Shown here: piece after piece, positions 28,399 through 38,372 of the stretch | Numbering within the stretch: the first letter of the stretch is position 1 | Layout: each line of letters opens with the position of its first letter | Virus record (IMG/VR): IMGVR_UViG_3300044970_001263 | Location: 1-57,186 of that record | DNA length: 57,186 nt | From: a virus | Lineage: Duplodnaviria; Caudoviricetes | Direction: 5' to 3' (one strand) | The notes under the pieces: generated by a model | Seen by the model: the letters and a program-made list of their open reading frames with translations, nothing else | The model's database searches: none | What the model was told of the DNA's origin: nothing | Made by a program: the position numbers and the translations under genes

Positions 28399-28416
28399 TA
28401 ACTAAAGGAGGTTTAA

Positions 28417-29577
28417 ATGCCTAAGTTTACTGCGTCACTAAATCTCCCCAAGTACGCCGCTGCTCCATCTACTCCTGTTGACGGAGACGTTTACTACAAC
28501 ACGGCTGACCACAAGGTCTATTCTCGCATCAATGGTGCGTGGGTAGACCTTGGGGCAACCTCTTCACCAGGTGCTGGAATCCCAGAGACCATTATCGACG
28601 CTAAGGGCGACCTTATTGTCGGGTCTGCTGCCGATACAGCGGTACGACTTGCTGTTGGCTCAGACGGTCAAATCGTTTCTGCTAATAGCGCTGTTGCTGG
28701 CGGAGTCGAGTGGATTGACAACGTTGCCGATGAAACTCGCCTTCTTGTTAAGAACCAGACTGGCTCCACTCTTACTAAGGGTCAAGTTGTTTACATCAAC
28801 GGTGCAAGCGGCAATCTCCCAACGGTTACGCTTTCTCAGGCTAATTCAGAGACGACATCTTCCAAGACAGTCGGTGTTGTTCGGCAAACAATCGTCAATA
28901 ATGAAAGCGGATATGTAACGCTTTCTGGGCTACTAAAAAACGTTGATACGCAAGGTTTTACTGCTGGTCAAGCGGTCTGGCTGTCTGCTGCTACGGCTGG
29001 TGCATTTACTGCAACACGACCACCTGCGCCAGACCACGCCGTACTAATCGGCTATGTCCCAAAGGTTTCTGCTAATGGCGAGATCTTTGTAATGATTCAG
29101 AATGGTTTTGAACTACAAGAACTTCATAATGTCTCTATTACTGGCGCTGCTAGCGGAGACTACCTTAGGTATAACGGAACACTTTGGACGCATGACGATC
29201 AGGTTGTCACTCTTACAGGGACACAAACACTCAGCGGTAAAACTATCGATACTCCAATTATTACTGGAAGCGGAATCGATATCCCAGACAACACTGCTTA
29301 TAAAATTAACGCTGTAGAAGTCCTGAATGAAACCACACTCGGAAGCGCAGTTGTAAACTCCTCTCTTACCAGCGTTGGCACAATCGGCATTGGTACATGG
29401 AACGGAACGGCGATTGCAATCCAGCACGGTGGAACGGGTCACGACACAGCGGCAGAGGCAATCAATGCCCTGCTCCCAGTTCAAACAAGCCATACTGGTA
29501 AGTTTCTTACCACAAACGGGACTGACCCATCATGGGTTGATCTCAATAATATTACGCTTGATGGCGGAGGAGCCTAA
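28417..29577 (+). CDS. Tail fibre-associated protein
   Basis: DAKGDLIVG, TGTQTLSGKT, SSLTSVGTI, GKFLTTNGT motifs. Confidence 0.8.
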   Translation: MPKFTASLNLPKYAAAPSTPVDGDVYYNTADHKVYSRINGAWVDLGATSSPGAGIPETIIDAKGDLIVGSAADTAVRLAVGSDGQIVSANSAVAGGVEWIDNVADETRLLVKNQTGSTLTKGQVVYINGASGNLPTVTLSQANSETTSSKTVGVVRQTIVNNESGYVTLSGLLKNVDTQGFTAGQAVWLSAATAGAFTATRPPAPDHAVLIGYVPKVSANGEIFVMIQNGFELQELHNVSITGAASGDYLRYNGTLWTHDDQVVTLTGTQTLSGKTIDTPIITGSGIDIPDNTAYKINAVEVLNETTLGSAVVNSSLTSVGTIGIGTWNGTAIAIQHGGTGHDTAAEAINALLPVQTSHTGKFLTTNGTDPSWVDLNNITLDGGGA

Positions 29578-30306
29578 ATGAAAAACATCACATTTACCTC
29601 AAGGTATGATGTTCAGAAAGAATACTACCCACGACCTTCATCCCAGAACCTACCAGAGTGGTATGTAAAACTTCAGTCTTACGGAGGCTTCGGCAGCCAA
29701 AGGGATCAAGGGCTTTTTAAGAAGAGTGTACTTCGCGGTAGTACTGACCCAAACGCAACCATTAAAAAGTGCGTCCCAGTTCTTGATGCAATGACTGCTG
29801 GGTATCTTCTTGTTACACCAGCAGATATTTGGGTAGAAATGGCGGACGGAGAAAGCGACCAGACCTTTAGCACACGGGGTTTTTTCAAGGTAAGCGGTCA
29901 TGACTACGGTCAAGCATCTGGAAACCCATATGTCAAGTCCGATAAAATTATCCCTAAGTTGAATAATCCATGGGGGATAAAAACACCTTCTGGTTACTCA
30001 GTTCTGATTACTGCTCCAATGCATAGCGATAATGGATACTTTACTTGCCTTCCTGCAGTAGTTGATACTGACACTTATACGGCAGAAATCAATTTTCCTT
30101 TTGTTCTAAATGACCCTAACTTTACTGGTCTCATCCCTGCTGGAACTCCAATGGTTCAAGTTATTCCCTTTAAACGTGATTCTTGGGAGATGAAGATTGG
30201 CTCAGAAAAAGATTTAGAGAATATTAAGAAAACATCCGATAAGCACCTTACTAAAATCTTTAATTCCTACAAGACTCAGTTCTGGTCCAAGAAGGAGTTC
30301 AAATAA
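29578..30306 (+). CDS. Conserved beta-rich (DUF6065/dUTPase-fold-like) protein
   Basis: TIKKCVPVLDAMTAGY, NPWGIKTPSGYS and GTPMVQVIPFKR pattern familiar from aquatic phage tail regions. Confidence 0.6.
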   Translation: MKNITFTSRYDVQKEYYPRPSSQNLPEWYVKLQSYGGFGSQRDQGLFKKSVLRGSTDPNATIKKCVPVLDAMTAGYLLVTPADIWVEMADGESDQTFSTRGFFKVSGHDYGQASGNPYVKSDKIIPKLNNPWGIKTPSGYSVLITAPMHSDNGYFTCLPAVVDTDTYTAEINFPFVLNDPNFTGLIPAGTPMVQVIPFKRDSWEMKIGSEKDLENIKKTSDKHLTKIFNSYKTQFWSKKEFK

Positions 30307-30309
30307 CAT

Positions 30310-31659
30310 ATGGCAAACATTATCAAGTTGCGACGAGATACTGCTACAGCGTGGTCATCTGTTAACCCTGTCCTCGCTAATGGCGAGATGGGGCTAGATA
30401 CCACGAACGACAAAATCAAAATCGGCGACGGCTCGAGCACTTGGTCCGCATTGCCATATGCTTTTGATACTCCTTCAGAGGTGACAACAAAAGCAACCAA
30501 CGCTCAGGCTGCTGCAGAGTCTACTGCCGCAGGCGCTCTTACGGCGCACGAGGGCGATGTTTCAACGCACGGCGTTGGCGTTGTTGTCGGCACTTCAGAA
30601 TCTCAAACCCTAACAAACAAGACCATTGACGGAAACAGCAATACCCTTACTGTTCTGAATAGTCAGACAACGGCTACTTCATCAAGCACTGCCAGCGCTA
30701 TTGTGTCAAGGGATTCAAGTGGCAACACTGCCATCAATCAGGTCACTCTTGGCGCTGACCCGACAGACGCGATGCACGCCGCGACAAAGCAGTACACAGA
30801 CAACCTTGCATCTGGTCTTCACGCTGCTCCATCGGTTCTTGCTGCAACAACCGCGAACCTTTCTGCTACCTACCTCAACGGCACTCTCGGAGTAGGGGCG
30901 ACTCTGACGAGCACGTCAAATGGCGCGTTTCCAGGTGTAGATGGCGTAACAACTGGCTGGACCCAATACAAGGGAATACTTGTCAAGAATCAAAGCAGTT
31001 CCTTCCAGAATGGTCGATACTTCCTATCCACTGTAGGAAATGGATCTACCCCTTGGGTTCTAACGAGGTGTCCTTTCTGCGATGAGGCAGACGAGATCCC
31101 TGGTTCTTATATCTTTGTACAAGAAGGAACCGCCAACGCTGGCAAGGGTTTTGTCGGGCTAGTGGGGGATGCGACTACATTCGTTGTCGGCACAGACGCT
31201 ATTACATACACCCAATTTACATCCTCTTCGTCTATTAGCGCAACTGCCCCTTTGGATCTGACGGATAACGTCTTGACCATTGCAGCGGCAACCACCTCTG
31301 TTCCTGGGTCAATGAGCGCAGCAGATAAGACGAAGCTCGATGCGCTCGAAATGCCTATCTCGTTTCACATTGCTGGAACGCTTAGTGCTGGAGTCAAGCA
31401 GCCTAGGTTTATCTCGCCAATTGCCTGTACCCTTGTGAATGCTCGAGCGTACGCTGGAGGTGGGTCTGGTGTGACATACCGACTTGTAAAAAATGGATCT
31501 ACAAACTCAAACACAAGCGGAACAGTTGGAAACTCTGTTGTGACCACTTCTCTTTCCACAGTCACATCGCTGGCTGTTGGAGACACACTTCAAGTGGAAA
31601 TTGTTAGCGCTGGAACATCTGGTGCAGACCTTTCCGTAACCGTGGAGGCTACCTACTAA
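30310..31659 (+). CDS. Tail fibre with Mtd-N-like N-terminus
   Basis: LRRDTATAWSSVNPVLANGEMG...KIGDG...W..LPY, ILVKNQ...NG.Y and MSAADKTKLD. Confidence 0.85.
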   Translation: MANIIKLRRDTATAWSSVNPVLANGEMGLDTTNDKIKIGDGSSTWSALPYAFDTPSEVTTKATNAQAAAESTAAGALTAHEGDVSTHGVGVVVGTSESQTLTNKTIDGNSNTLTVLNSQTTATSSSTASAIVSRDSSGNTAINQVTLGADPTDAMHAATKQYTDNLASGLHAAPSVLAATTANLSATYLNGTLGVGATLTSTSNGAFPGVDGVTTGWTQYKGILVKNQSSSFQNGRYFLSTVGNGSTPWVLTRCPFCDEADEIPGSYIFVQEGTANAGKGFVGLVGDATTFVVGTDAITYTQFTSSSSISATAPLDLTDNVLTIAAATTSVPGSMSAADKTKLDALEMPISFHIAGTLSAGVKQPRFISPIACTLVNARAYAGGGSGVTYRLVKNGSTNSNTSGTVGNSVVTTSLSTVTSLAVGDTLQVEIVSAGTSGADLSVTVEATY

Positions 31660-32855
31660 TGCCCATTACAGTTTCTGATACGTTTACTCGTGCAAATACA
31701 TCTGTTGGTACACTGGGATCTACAGAAACTGGGCAAGTCCTTGCATGGCAAAATGCTGTGGACTGGCAAATCAGTGGAAACGTAGCCCAAAATGATGGCA
31801 CAACAGCCTCACCAGCTTGGGTGCGTAACGAAGTTGCAAATGCCACAGTCTCCATGGAGACCCTAAATGGCAATGGACCTGGCATTGCATTCTGGGTAAA
31901 AGACTCTACAAATTTCTGGATGACATGGCTACGATCAAACAGGTACGTTGCTAGTACATCAGTAACATGCAATTCTTGTTCTGATTGCGCATGCGGAGGT
32001 TGCAACGTCTCTGGATATACAGGGTGTAGCAAAAGTTCGAGCACGGCGCTAGCCCAGTCATTCAGTGGGTGCGGAGCATGTTCTGCTGGATCATGCACTA
32101 CAGCAAGCCATTCGTGTGGAAATAGCGGAAACGGAACTTTTTCATTGTTCACATATGCAGTTTGTGGTGCTGGCTGCACTAATAGGAGAACGTGTAGCAG
32201 AGGCTGCAATGGAGCGAATGCCTGTGGCTCAGTTAGCTGTAACGCTTATAGCTGTTCAACATCTTGCAGCACAGCAAATGCAAACAACAGATGCGGAAGC
32301 AGTCCTCTTTGCGGAAGTTACTCTAGTACTCAATGCGGTTCATCTTGCGGGTCTACTGGCAGATCAAACCGAAACTGTTCAGCAGTTTGTAGCGGATGCA
32401 CTGAAACATATAATGCTGCGGATTCCTGCAGTGGCGGTGGTGGATCTAGTATCAACAGTGAGGCATGCCAAAACTGTGGATATACTACAAGCACAAACTA
32501 CGACTACGACTATTATCTGCGTGTAGATCGGGTAGTAAATGGTACTGCAACAAACGTTGTAAACCAGTTCTATGCCGATCTTGGTAGTAGTAGTGGATTC
32601 TTCGCAGCGATGCGTGTAATAACCAGCGGGAACACATATCGAGTTCAGGGGTACAGTGATACTGGCTTTGCGACCTCAGTATCCGATACTGGTGTTCTTA
32701 CTGATGCAAACAACTCACACCTTCTTGCCGTTGGGCATGGTATTGTGGTTGGCGCTCTAGGATCTGCAAGTCCAGGTTCTGGAAACCAAGTTGACAATTT
32801 CACTTTAGAGTTTGAGCCGCTTGGCGGTGATAGCGTTGGAATTATTACAGGATAG
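31659..32855 (+). CDS. Lectin-like tail protein with a large Cys/Ser/Gly-rich insert
   Basis: DTFTRAN...VDNF beta-sandwich ends flank about 170 aa containing roughly 30 Cys. Confidence 0.75.
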   Translation: MPITVSDTFTRANTSVGTLGSTETGQVLAWQNAVDWQISGNVAQNDGTTASPAWVRNEVANATVSMETLNGNGPGIAFWVKDSTNFWMTWLRSNRYVASTSVTCNSCSDCACGGCNVSGYTGCSKSSSTALAQSFSGCGACSAGSCTTASHSCGNSGNGTFSLFTYAVCGAGCTNRRTCSRGCNGANACGSVSCNAYSCSTSCSTANANNRCGSSPLCGSYSSTQCGSSCGSTGRSNRNCSAVCSGCTETYNAADSCSGGGGSSINSEACQNCGYTTSTNYDYDYYLRVDRVVNGTATNVVNQFYADLGSSSGFFAAMRVITSGNTYRVQGYSDTGFATSVSDTGVLTDANNSHLLAVGHGIVVGALGSASPGSGNQVDNFTLEFEPLGGDSVGIITG

Positions 32856-32867
32856 GAGAGGTAAAAG

Positions 32868-33527
32868 ATGCCTAAGAAAAATGATGCGTGGAAAAAACTA
32901 ATTCAGGAACATTCTGATAGCCCCGTGTTGTATTATTTCAGCACGGAAGATTGTCCATTCTGCGTTCGGGCAAAGCCATATATCGATGTCCTTGCCGAAA
33001 AATATGAAAAGCTTGGTCTTAAAGTTGTTAAGGTTGATGTCGATTCTGAGCCAGACATTATTAGTGCTGCAAATGTCGACCAATGGCCTTCATACATTTT
33101 TGTTGAAGATGGCGAGCCAAAAGCTAAGGACGTTGGATGGGAAGAGGGTCAGCGCGTTTGGCTAGAAGAGCGCCTTGGTCTTGATAAGCGATTTGGTTTG
33201 CTTGCTGGACTGGCTCTAAGCCAAGAAGAAATGGATGCAATCAAGGAAGACCCTAATGCAAAAGTCGGTGGCGTTGCCAGTGATGAATATGCAAACCCAT
33301 CCTCTAACAAGAATGGCTGTGGAGATTCCACACAGCAAGTAGCAGAGATCGCCGCTGGTATGGATGAGGCGCTGACCAAGATCGACAACAAACTTCGCTC
33401 TATCCTTGCTCGCCTTGATGCGATCGAGTCGCGCTTTGCGCCGCTGTCTGATGACATCATGGCAGCAGTGGGCGCAAAGCCAGAGACTGGTAGCAAGTGC
33501 AAGTGCGGTAAGCACAAGGAGGACTGA
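32868..33527 (+). CDS. Thioredoxin-fold protein with C-terminal coiled coil
   Basis: YYFSTEDCPFC, KVDVD and WPSY (cis-Pro loop). Confidence 0.88.
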   Translation: MPKKNDAWKKLIQEHSDSPVLYYFSTEDCPFCVRAKPYIDVLAEKYEKLGLKVVKVDVDSEPDIISAANVDQWPSYIFVEDGEPKAKDVGWEEGQRVWLEERLGLDKRFGLLAGLALSQEEMDAIKEDPNAKVGGVASDEYANPSSNKNGCGDSTQQVAEIAAGMDEALTKIDNKLRSILARLDAIESRFAPLSDDIMAAVGAKPETGSKCKCGKHKED

Positions 33528-33528
33528 C

Positions 33529-33753
33529 ATGTCCTCTAAGCCTTGGGATCTACTAAACCCGAACATCGGTCGAGTCTCTGATGAGGTGCTTGAGCAGCGT
33601 CTCGCTATCTGTAAGGGCTGTGAGTTCTTCATTAAACTGTCGAAGCAGTGTAAGAAATGCGGCTGCTTCATGCGGCTTAAAGGCTCCCTCCCACATTCGG
33701 AATGTCCTGTGGGGAAGTGGGGAAAGGTAAAGGACGACAATGGCTCCATCTGA
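33529..33753 (+). CDS. Small Cys-cluster protein (DUF6171-like)
   Basis: RLAICKGC...CKKCGCFM..K...CPVGKW; AAGGAGG RBS. Confidence 0.75.
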   Translation: MSSKPWDLLNPNIGRVSDEVLEQRLAICKGCEFFIKLSKQCKKCGCFMRLKGSLPHSECPVGKWGKVKDDNGSI

Positions 33754-33925
33754 TACAAAGCAGATCCTTGAGCGCCTTGAGCGCATCGAGAATGATCTTA
33801 ATGAAATCAAACTAGAAATGGCAGAAACCCGTGGTGCATACCGCCTTGCAAAGTTTGTGATTGCCCTTCTGGGCTTGAGCGGACTAGGCGGCTTGACCGC
33901 ATGGCTATCTGGGATGGGCAAGTGA
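33740..33925 (+). CDS. Coiled-coil plus single TM protein (holin/XhlA-like)
   Basis: N-terminal heptads and a C-terminal hydrophobic helix. Confidence 0.6.
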   Translation: MAPSDTKQILERLERIENDLNEIKLEMAETRGAYRLAKFVIALLGLSGLGGLTAWLSGMGK

Positions 33926-34182
33926 TGTCAGAGCCAGTTCTAACAGTACAGTACGCTCCTAACTACCCTGGGCTGCCAGGTGAGGAGCACGCTTTCTTTG
34001 TTCATTTTGCCTACCAGCTACAGGGCGATACATATACTGGAAAGTTTTTTATGTATTCTCACCCAGCTGTTTCATGCCTCATTGACCATAACGCTCGTCT
34101 TGCTGACGAGGAGATTACTGATGCTGGCAGGCTAGAAGTTCGCAAAATGATCTGGGAAATTCACAATAAGTTAGGGATTTAA
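33925..34182 (+). CDS. Hypothetical protein
   Basis: TGATG-coupled ORF. Confidence 0.65.
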   Translation: MSEPVLTVQYAPNYPGLPGEEHAFFVHFAYQLQGDTYTGKFFMYSHPAVSCLIDHNARLADEEITDAGRLEVRKMIWEIHNKLGI

Positions 34183-34203
34183 CCATACCCTGAGGAGGTG
34201 CGT

Positions 34204-35364
34204 ATGAACCGACTCAGAGTTACTATAGTAACCACGATTATCTTTACCGCCGCGTTTACTGCGGCACTATTCTCCGCTACGCCAGTCAAGGGGCTGGACG
34301 ATGCGGATACTTGGGATCAGCAGATTGATGCCAATGGCACGATCACGCTGGAAGAAGGCTCCATTGTAATCGACGGGTCAAATTATCCGTTGCCAGGGCA
34401 GCCTACGCAGAATACCTCAACGCAAATCACCACCATTGTATTGGATGGTGAGACAGTCACCTTTGACTGGTCTTATTTCACCACCGACGGCGCGTTCTTT
34501 GACAAGCCGCAGGTGCTCTGGAACGGCGAGTGGTACAACCTCGTTGAGGGAAATGCGCAGAGTGGAAATGGAACGATGACTGGGTATATCGCCGCTGGCG
34601 GTCTATTCGGGTTTAGAGTTCTGTCCACAGATTCCTGCTGTGGCGTAGGGACGCTTACGATTACGAATACCTCTTGGATTGTCGGACCTCCGCCAACTCC
34701 AGAGCCAACTCCTGAACCAAGCCCAGAACCAACCCCGACTCCTGAGCCGACACCAGAGCCAACTCCTGAGCCGACCCCTGAGCCAACGCCTACCCCAACC
34801 GTAGAGCCAACGCCAACTCCGACTCCAGAGCCTACGCCTGAGCCTACGCCAGAGCCGACGCTGCCGCCAACGCCAGAGCCAACTGTAGAGCCAACGCCTG
34901 AGCCGACACCGACTCCAGAGCCAACGCCACAGCCAACTCCAGCGCCAAGTCCGCAGCCAAGCGAGGAGCCGTCAATTGAACCAACACCGAACCCGACTGC
35001 CACACCCGAGCCGTCGCCCGAAGCGACCGCTTCGCCCGTTCCTGTGGTATCTCCTGATCCCACTAGCGTTCCTTCTCCTGAGCCAGAACAGCCCACTCTG
35101 CCGTCTCCCGTAGAGGCAATTGGTGCGGCTGCTGAGGCAGTAGGAGAGGCTGTCGCTGCGGTCGGCGAGACCATTGGTGCAGCAGTTGAAACCGTTACCA
35201 ATCTCGGCAAGGATCTCTCTCCAGTTGAGAGGGAGAAGGCTCGTGAAGCCGTACTGCCAGCAATCATTGTCACTCAGGTGGCGCAGGCTGCAGTCGGAAT
35301 GGCTATGGCTGCACTCGGCAATACACCTTCAGGTGGCAGCAGCACGACAAGGAGCCGTAAGTGA
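34204..35364 (+). CDS. Secreted/surface protein with a PTPE-repeat stalk
   Basis: Signal-peptide-like N-terminus, beta domain, about 140 aa Pro/Thr/Glu linker, hydrophobic C-terminal helix. Confidence 0.8.
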   Translation: MNRLRVTIVTTIIFTAAFTAALFSATPVKGLDDADTWDQQIDANGTITLEEGSIVIDGSNYPLPGQPTQNTSTQITTIVLDGETVTFDWSYFTTDGAFFDKPQVLWNGEWYNLVEGNAQSGNGTMTGYIAAGGLFGFRVLSTDSCCGVGTLTITNTSWIVGPPPTPEPTPEPSPEPTPTPEPTPEPTPEPTPEPTPTPTVEPTPTPTPEPTPEPTPEPTLPPTPEPTVEPTPEPTPTPEPTPQPTPAPSPQPSEEPSIEPTPNPTATPEPSPEATASPVPVVSPDPTSVPSPEPEQPTLPSPVEAIGAAAEAVGEAVAAVGETIGAAVETVTNLGKDLSPVEREKAREAVLPAIIVTQVAQAAVGMAMAALGNTPSGGSSTTRSRK

Positions 35365-35531
35365 TTAAGAAGATCATTAATGAAATCGTAGCCACTGGCT
35401 GGACTGTTTTCGGTCTTGCCATTGCATGGGCAGTTTTGCCCGACGGAGCAACCCGCGACTTTGTTGGCGCGACCCTGTTGTTTCTGACACTAATCTGGGG
35501 TCTTACGATGCCCCTTCGCATTAAAGACTGA
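35361..35531 (+). CDS. Small two-TM membrane protein (56 aa)
   Basis: Translated by hand ([29 protein letters not shown]...); AAGGAG RBS, GTGA overlap. Confidence 0.75.
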   Translation: MIKKIINEIVATGWTVFGLAIAWAVLPDGATRDFVGATLLFLTLIWGLTMPLRIKD

Positions 35532-35541
35532 GGAGAAACTC

Positions 35542-36177
35542 ATGAAGTTTAAGGTCAAGTCACAACTCGACCACGTTGAAAAGGGCGGAATTCTGGATGA
35601 CTGCGGTCCTTCCAGCGTGGCTGCTCTAGTCGCTTGGGCATCCAAGTACAAGGTTGATCCCTCCGCTGGAGATGGCATCAAGGCAAAGGCGAAGGCAACT
35701 GGCTTCGTTGAGAAGCAGGGCGTATCCGATAACGGATCATCGCTGGGAGACCTTATCAAGACGGCAAAAGTCCTTGGCGCTACCGCTCGGTACGCAAAGT
35801 CTTGGGACGATGTTGTCGCTTCCGCAACTCGCGGCGCTGGTATCGGCGTGTGGGTGCAGCAGCCTGTTGGCTATCCAGTAGGTCTAGAGATCTCTGAGTG
35901 GCACAAGCGCTGGGAGAAGTGGTGGGGTCCTAAGGGTGGCGGCGGGAAGAAAGACCCGAAGCACATCAAACTTGGCTACGGTCACATGACCGCTGCTGGG
36001 TGGGACTCAGTAGAAGGCTGGCAGTGGGCTTGCCCAACTCGTTCAGGCAAGGGCAAGGAGCAGTTCGCCGTCAAGGTGACTGAGGCGCAACTCAAGGAGA
36101 TCGCCGACTCTAAGCGCGTTTCTGGAAAGAGCAAGGGTCTCCCACACAAGCACGTCATTATTGTTGAATGGAAGTAG
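35542..36177 (+). CDS. C39-like cysteine peptidase, candidate endolysin
   Basis: SQLD...DCGPSSVAAL catalytic Cys motif, downstream GH; lies next to a holin-like gene. Confidence 0.65.
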   Translation: MKFKVKSQLDHVEKGGILDDCGPSSVAALVAWASKYKVDPSAGDGIKAKAKATGFVEKQGVSDNGSSLGDLIKTAKVLGATARYAKSWDDVVASATRGAGIGVWVQQPVGYPVGLEISEWHKRWEKWWGPKGGGGKKDPKHIKLGYGHMTAAGWDSVEGWQWACPTRSGKGKEQFAVKVTEAQLKEIADSKRVSGKSKGLPHKHVIIVEWK

Positions 36178-36185
36178 GGGTAAAT

Positions 36186-36479
36186 ATGTACGCAGATCTT
36201 AAGGCATGGGTTCAGCACATCAAGGACAACACTGGGGTCGATGAGGCTCTCGTGGAGTTCTTCCGCACCTTCGTAACGGTTTCAATTTCCGTTGCGCTTG
36301 GTCTTGGTATTCCACTTCTGGACATCTCTGGCGGTGACTTCCGAACAATTCTTTCGGCTGGTCTCGCTTCTGGTCTCCAGATTCTTGTAAAGTATCTTGA
36401 CCCAAAGAACACAGCGTTTGGAATCAAGGAGAAGGCTCCTGAGGATAAGGACGCTGATAACGTTCAGTACGACATCTAA
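36186..36479 (+). CDS. Holin-like membrane protein
   Basis: Two hydrophobic helices, KYLDP...FG and a charged tail. Confidence 0.65.
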   Translation: MYADLKAWVQHIKDNTGVDEALVEFFRTFVTVSISVALGLGIPLLDISGGDFRTILSAGLASGLQILVKYLDPKNTAFGIKEKAPEDKDADNVQYDI

Positions 36480-36495
36480 TTAGAACGACAGAACT

Positions 36496-36532
36496 CGCCC
36501 CCTTCAGGCTACGGCTTGAGGGGGGCGGTTTT
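36496..36532. terminator. Terminator between convergent arms
   Basis: CGCCCCCTTCAGG...CTTGAGGGGGGCG followed by GTTTT. Confidence 0.75.
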
Positions 36533-37156
36533 GTGTTTCCTGTAGATAAAGAAGCGACCGACCCAATCAGTCCCATCAAACGCCTCGTCAAGTGCAACCT
36601 CGCTTCGGTGGATTGGAACCCACTCTGGGTGCAGTTCGGCGATCTTCTTCTCCCACCACTCACGGCTCTTCATCGTGACGTGCGTAACGTCCACATCATG
36701 CTCTGCTGATGCTCCGTCTGAGAGTGCAATGCGGAGCCAGATCTCCCCGCCGACTTTAACTACGCGGCTCATGTCATCAAGAATTGAGCCGACCTTACCC
36801 TCTGGGATGTGCTCAAAAAACTCCCACGATGTGAGGATGTCAAATACCTCAGTCGCGTACGGGAGACCGTACTCCACATTGGCAACGGTCAATGCGCCTT
36901 GAGCCATCGGTGCGCAGTTCTCCACTGCGTAGCGGCTTACATCAACACCAAGAGCCTCGTGCCCACGCATATTGCAATGGTGCACGAACCACCCTTTGGC
37001 TGCTCCTACATCAAGGATGGTAAGACCGCGCATACCATACGGCTCCTCAATGAGATTGATAATCGGATTCCAGCGAGGATCGTCAGAGTAGTTCTTGTAG
37101 TTAGAGCCTTCTGCTCGCTCGAAATACCCCTCGCCGTACTGTTCCTCAGCCGTCAT
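36509..37156 (-). CDS. Class I SAM-dependent methyltransferase
   Basis: ILDVGAAKG, GVDVS, FDILTSWEFFEHI, RVVKVGG. Confidence 0.88.
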   Translation of the reverse strand: MTAEEQYGEGYFERAEGSNYKNYSDDPRWNPIINLIEEPYGMRGLTILDVGAAKGWFVHHCNMRGHEALGVDVSRYAVENCAPMAQGALTVANVEYGLPYATEVFDILTSWEFFEHIPEGKVGSILDDMSRVVKVGGEIWLRIALSDGASAEHDVDVTHVTMKSREWWEKKIAELHPEWVPIHRSEVALDEAFDGTDWVGRFFIYRKHKTAPLKP

Positions 37157-37338
37157 TCTCCCCTTCTCCGATCTTTCTTTGCCCAGCCTTCTCCTTTGTA
37201 GAGAACTCCTGGCGCAGTAAAGACCCGCTTCATCTTGGTGTTGTCTTCTGGGCAGCGAACTTCTTTGTTGCTGTTCATAGACACTACCACGTCCATCACG
37301 AGGTCGCACTTCTTGCAGATGTACTCGTAGGTAGCCAT
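37153..37338 (-). CDS. FmdB-family zinc ribbon protein
   Basis: TYEYICKKC...CP....MKRVF...YKGEGW. Confidence 0.85.
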   Translation of the reverse strand: MATYEYICKKCDLVMDVVVSMNSNKEVRCPEDNTKMKRVFTAPGVLYKGEGWAKKDRRRGE

Positions 37339-37339
37339 G

Positions 37340-37501
37340 TTAGCGAAGGTTGATAAGTGCGAACAACGAGATGGCGTGGATTGCGAACGCTACATTGCGT
37401 ACTGCCAGCGACTCGCCGTCCTTGTGCTGGAGATAGGCTCGCATAAAGCCGATGCTCTGGAAGATCCAGATCACGACGAGCCACGCATACCAGAAGTTCA
37501 T
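37340..37501 (-). CDS. Small membrane protein (53 aa)
   Basis: Translated by hand (MNFWYAWLVVIWIFQ...); GGAGG RBS, ATGA overlap. Confidence 0.7.
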   Translation of the reverse strand: MNFWYAWLVVIWIFQSIGFMRAYLQHKDGESLAVRNVAFAIHAISLFALINLR

Positions 37502-38019
37502 CGTGGATCCTCCAATTTATCTAGAATGGCCAATTTAATTTTCATAATACCACGGCTCTTGGATACACCAAGTGCATCCCAAACCTCTGGGGCGAGGTCA
37601 ATCAACCGCTCGTCTCCATCCACCTTAACCTTGCCCTTGCAAGAACACCAGTCCACCACCCAGACAAGGACGCTGCGACCCGTTGCCACCGAAGTGACTA
37701 GGACGGTATAGGGCTTGTTGGCGTAGGTAAAGTTTCGGTACTTTCGGAGTTCTGGACCAGCCGCACCGTAGAATCGGTATGGACCATCCTGCTGGTTGCG
37801 AGCAGAACCCCCATTCTTGCGTGTGTACCACGCATTGTTCTTTGTTGCATCATACCAAGTAGCAATTCCCTCAAGGGTCACGATGTTCTTGATAGTGACC
37901 TCAACTTCAGGGGTTGGACTTGGTGACGGCTCCACTACCGCTGGCTTCGGAAGCACAATCGTTCCCGAGAGTGCGACTACAAAGATCGCGGTGAAGAGCG
38001 CGTTCAGGATGAACCTCAT
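37498..38019 (-). CDS. Membrane-anchored RlpA-like double-psi beta-barrel protein
   Basis: N-terminal TM, GIATWY, V.VVD and RLIDLAP..W.ALG. Confidence 0.75.
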   Translation of the reverse strand: MRFILNALFTAIFVVALSGTIVLPKPAVVEPSPSPTPEVEVTIKNIVTLEGIATWYDATKNNAWYTRKNGGSARNQQDGPYRFYGAAGPELRKYRNFTYANKPYTVLVTSVATGRSVLVWVVDWCSCKGKVKVDGDERLIDLAPEVWDALGVSKSRGIMKIKLAILDKLEDPR

Positions 38020-38372
38020 TAGTCGGTGAACCCTAGCCACGATTGCTCGTTGCGGCTCACAAAGACTGGCATACACCCCTTATCGCTTGCGGCGTATGCC
38101 CCAGCGATGTTGAAGTCAAAAAACTCCACAGCCTCAAGGTAGAAGTCGCGGTCGCTCAGATCGTCCATTGGGAACGACTCCTTCGCGCTGACCTCAAACT
38201 CTTGCTGGAGCGCCTCAATAATCTTGTCTCGGTCGTACACCGCAACTGGCTTGATGCCCTGTGGCGTGAAGTGCGAGCCGTAGCCGATGAATGCGTAGTC
38301 ATGCTCGCGCATAACTACTGCGCCATCAAACTCCTCGCTGTACATTGTGTCGTGCTTAATCTCTGGAGTCAT
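38019..38372 (-). CDS. Acidic hypothetical protein
   Basis: AVYDRDKII...EAVEFFDFNIAGAY...P pattern familiar from aquatic phages. Confidence 0.75.
   Translation of the reverse strand: MTPEIKHDTMYSEEFDGAVVMREHDYAFIGYGSHFTPQGIKPVAVYDRDKIIEALQQEFEVSAKESFPMDDLSDRDFYLEAVEFFDFNIAGAYAASDKGCMPVFVSRNEQSWLGFTD

Noticed and set aside
30310-31659. Diversity-generating retroelement suggested by the Mtd-like N-terminus
   Set aside because: No reverse transcriptase and no template/variable repeat pair were seen.
34473-35273. Gly/Val/Ser-repeat minus-strand ORF
   Set aside because: Mirror of the PTPE repeat of the plus-strand gene.
36509-37156. DNA methyltransferase explaining the site avoidance
   Set aside because: It lacks the DPPY/NPPY or PC catalytic motifs and looks like a small-molecule or glycan methyltransferase.
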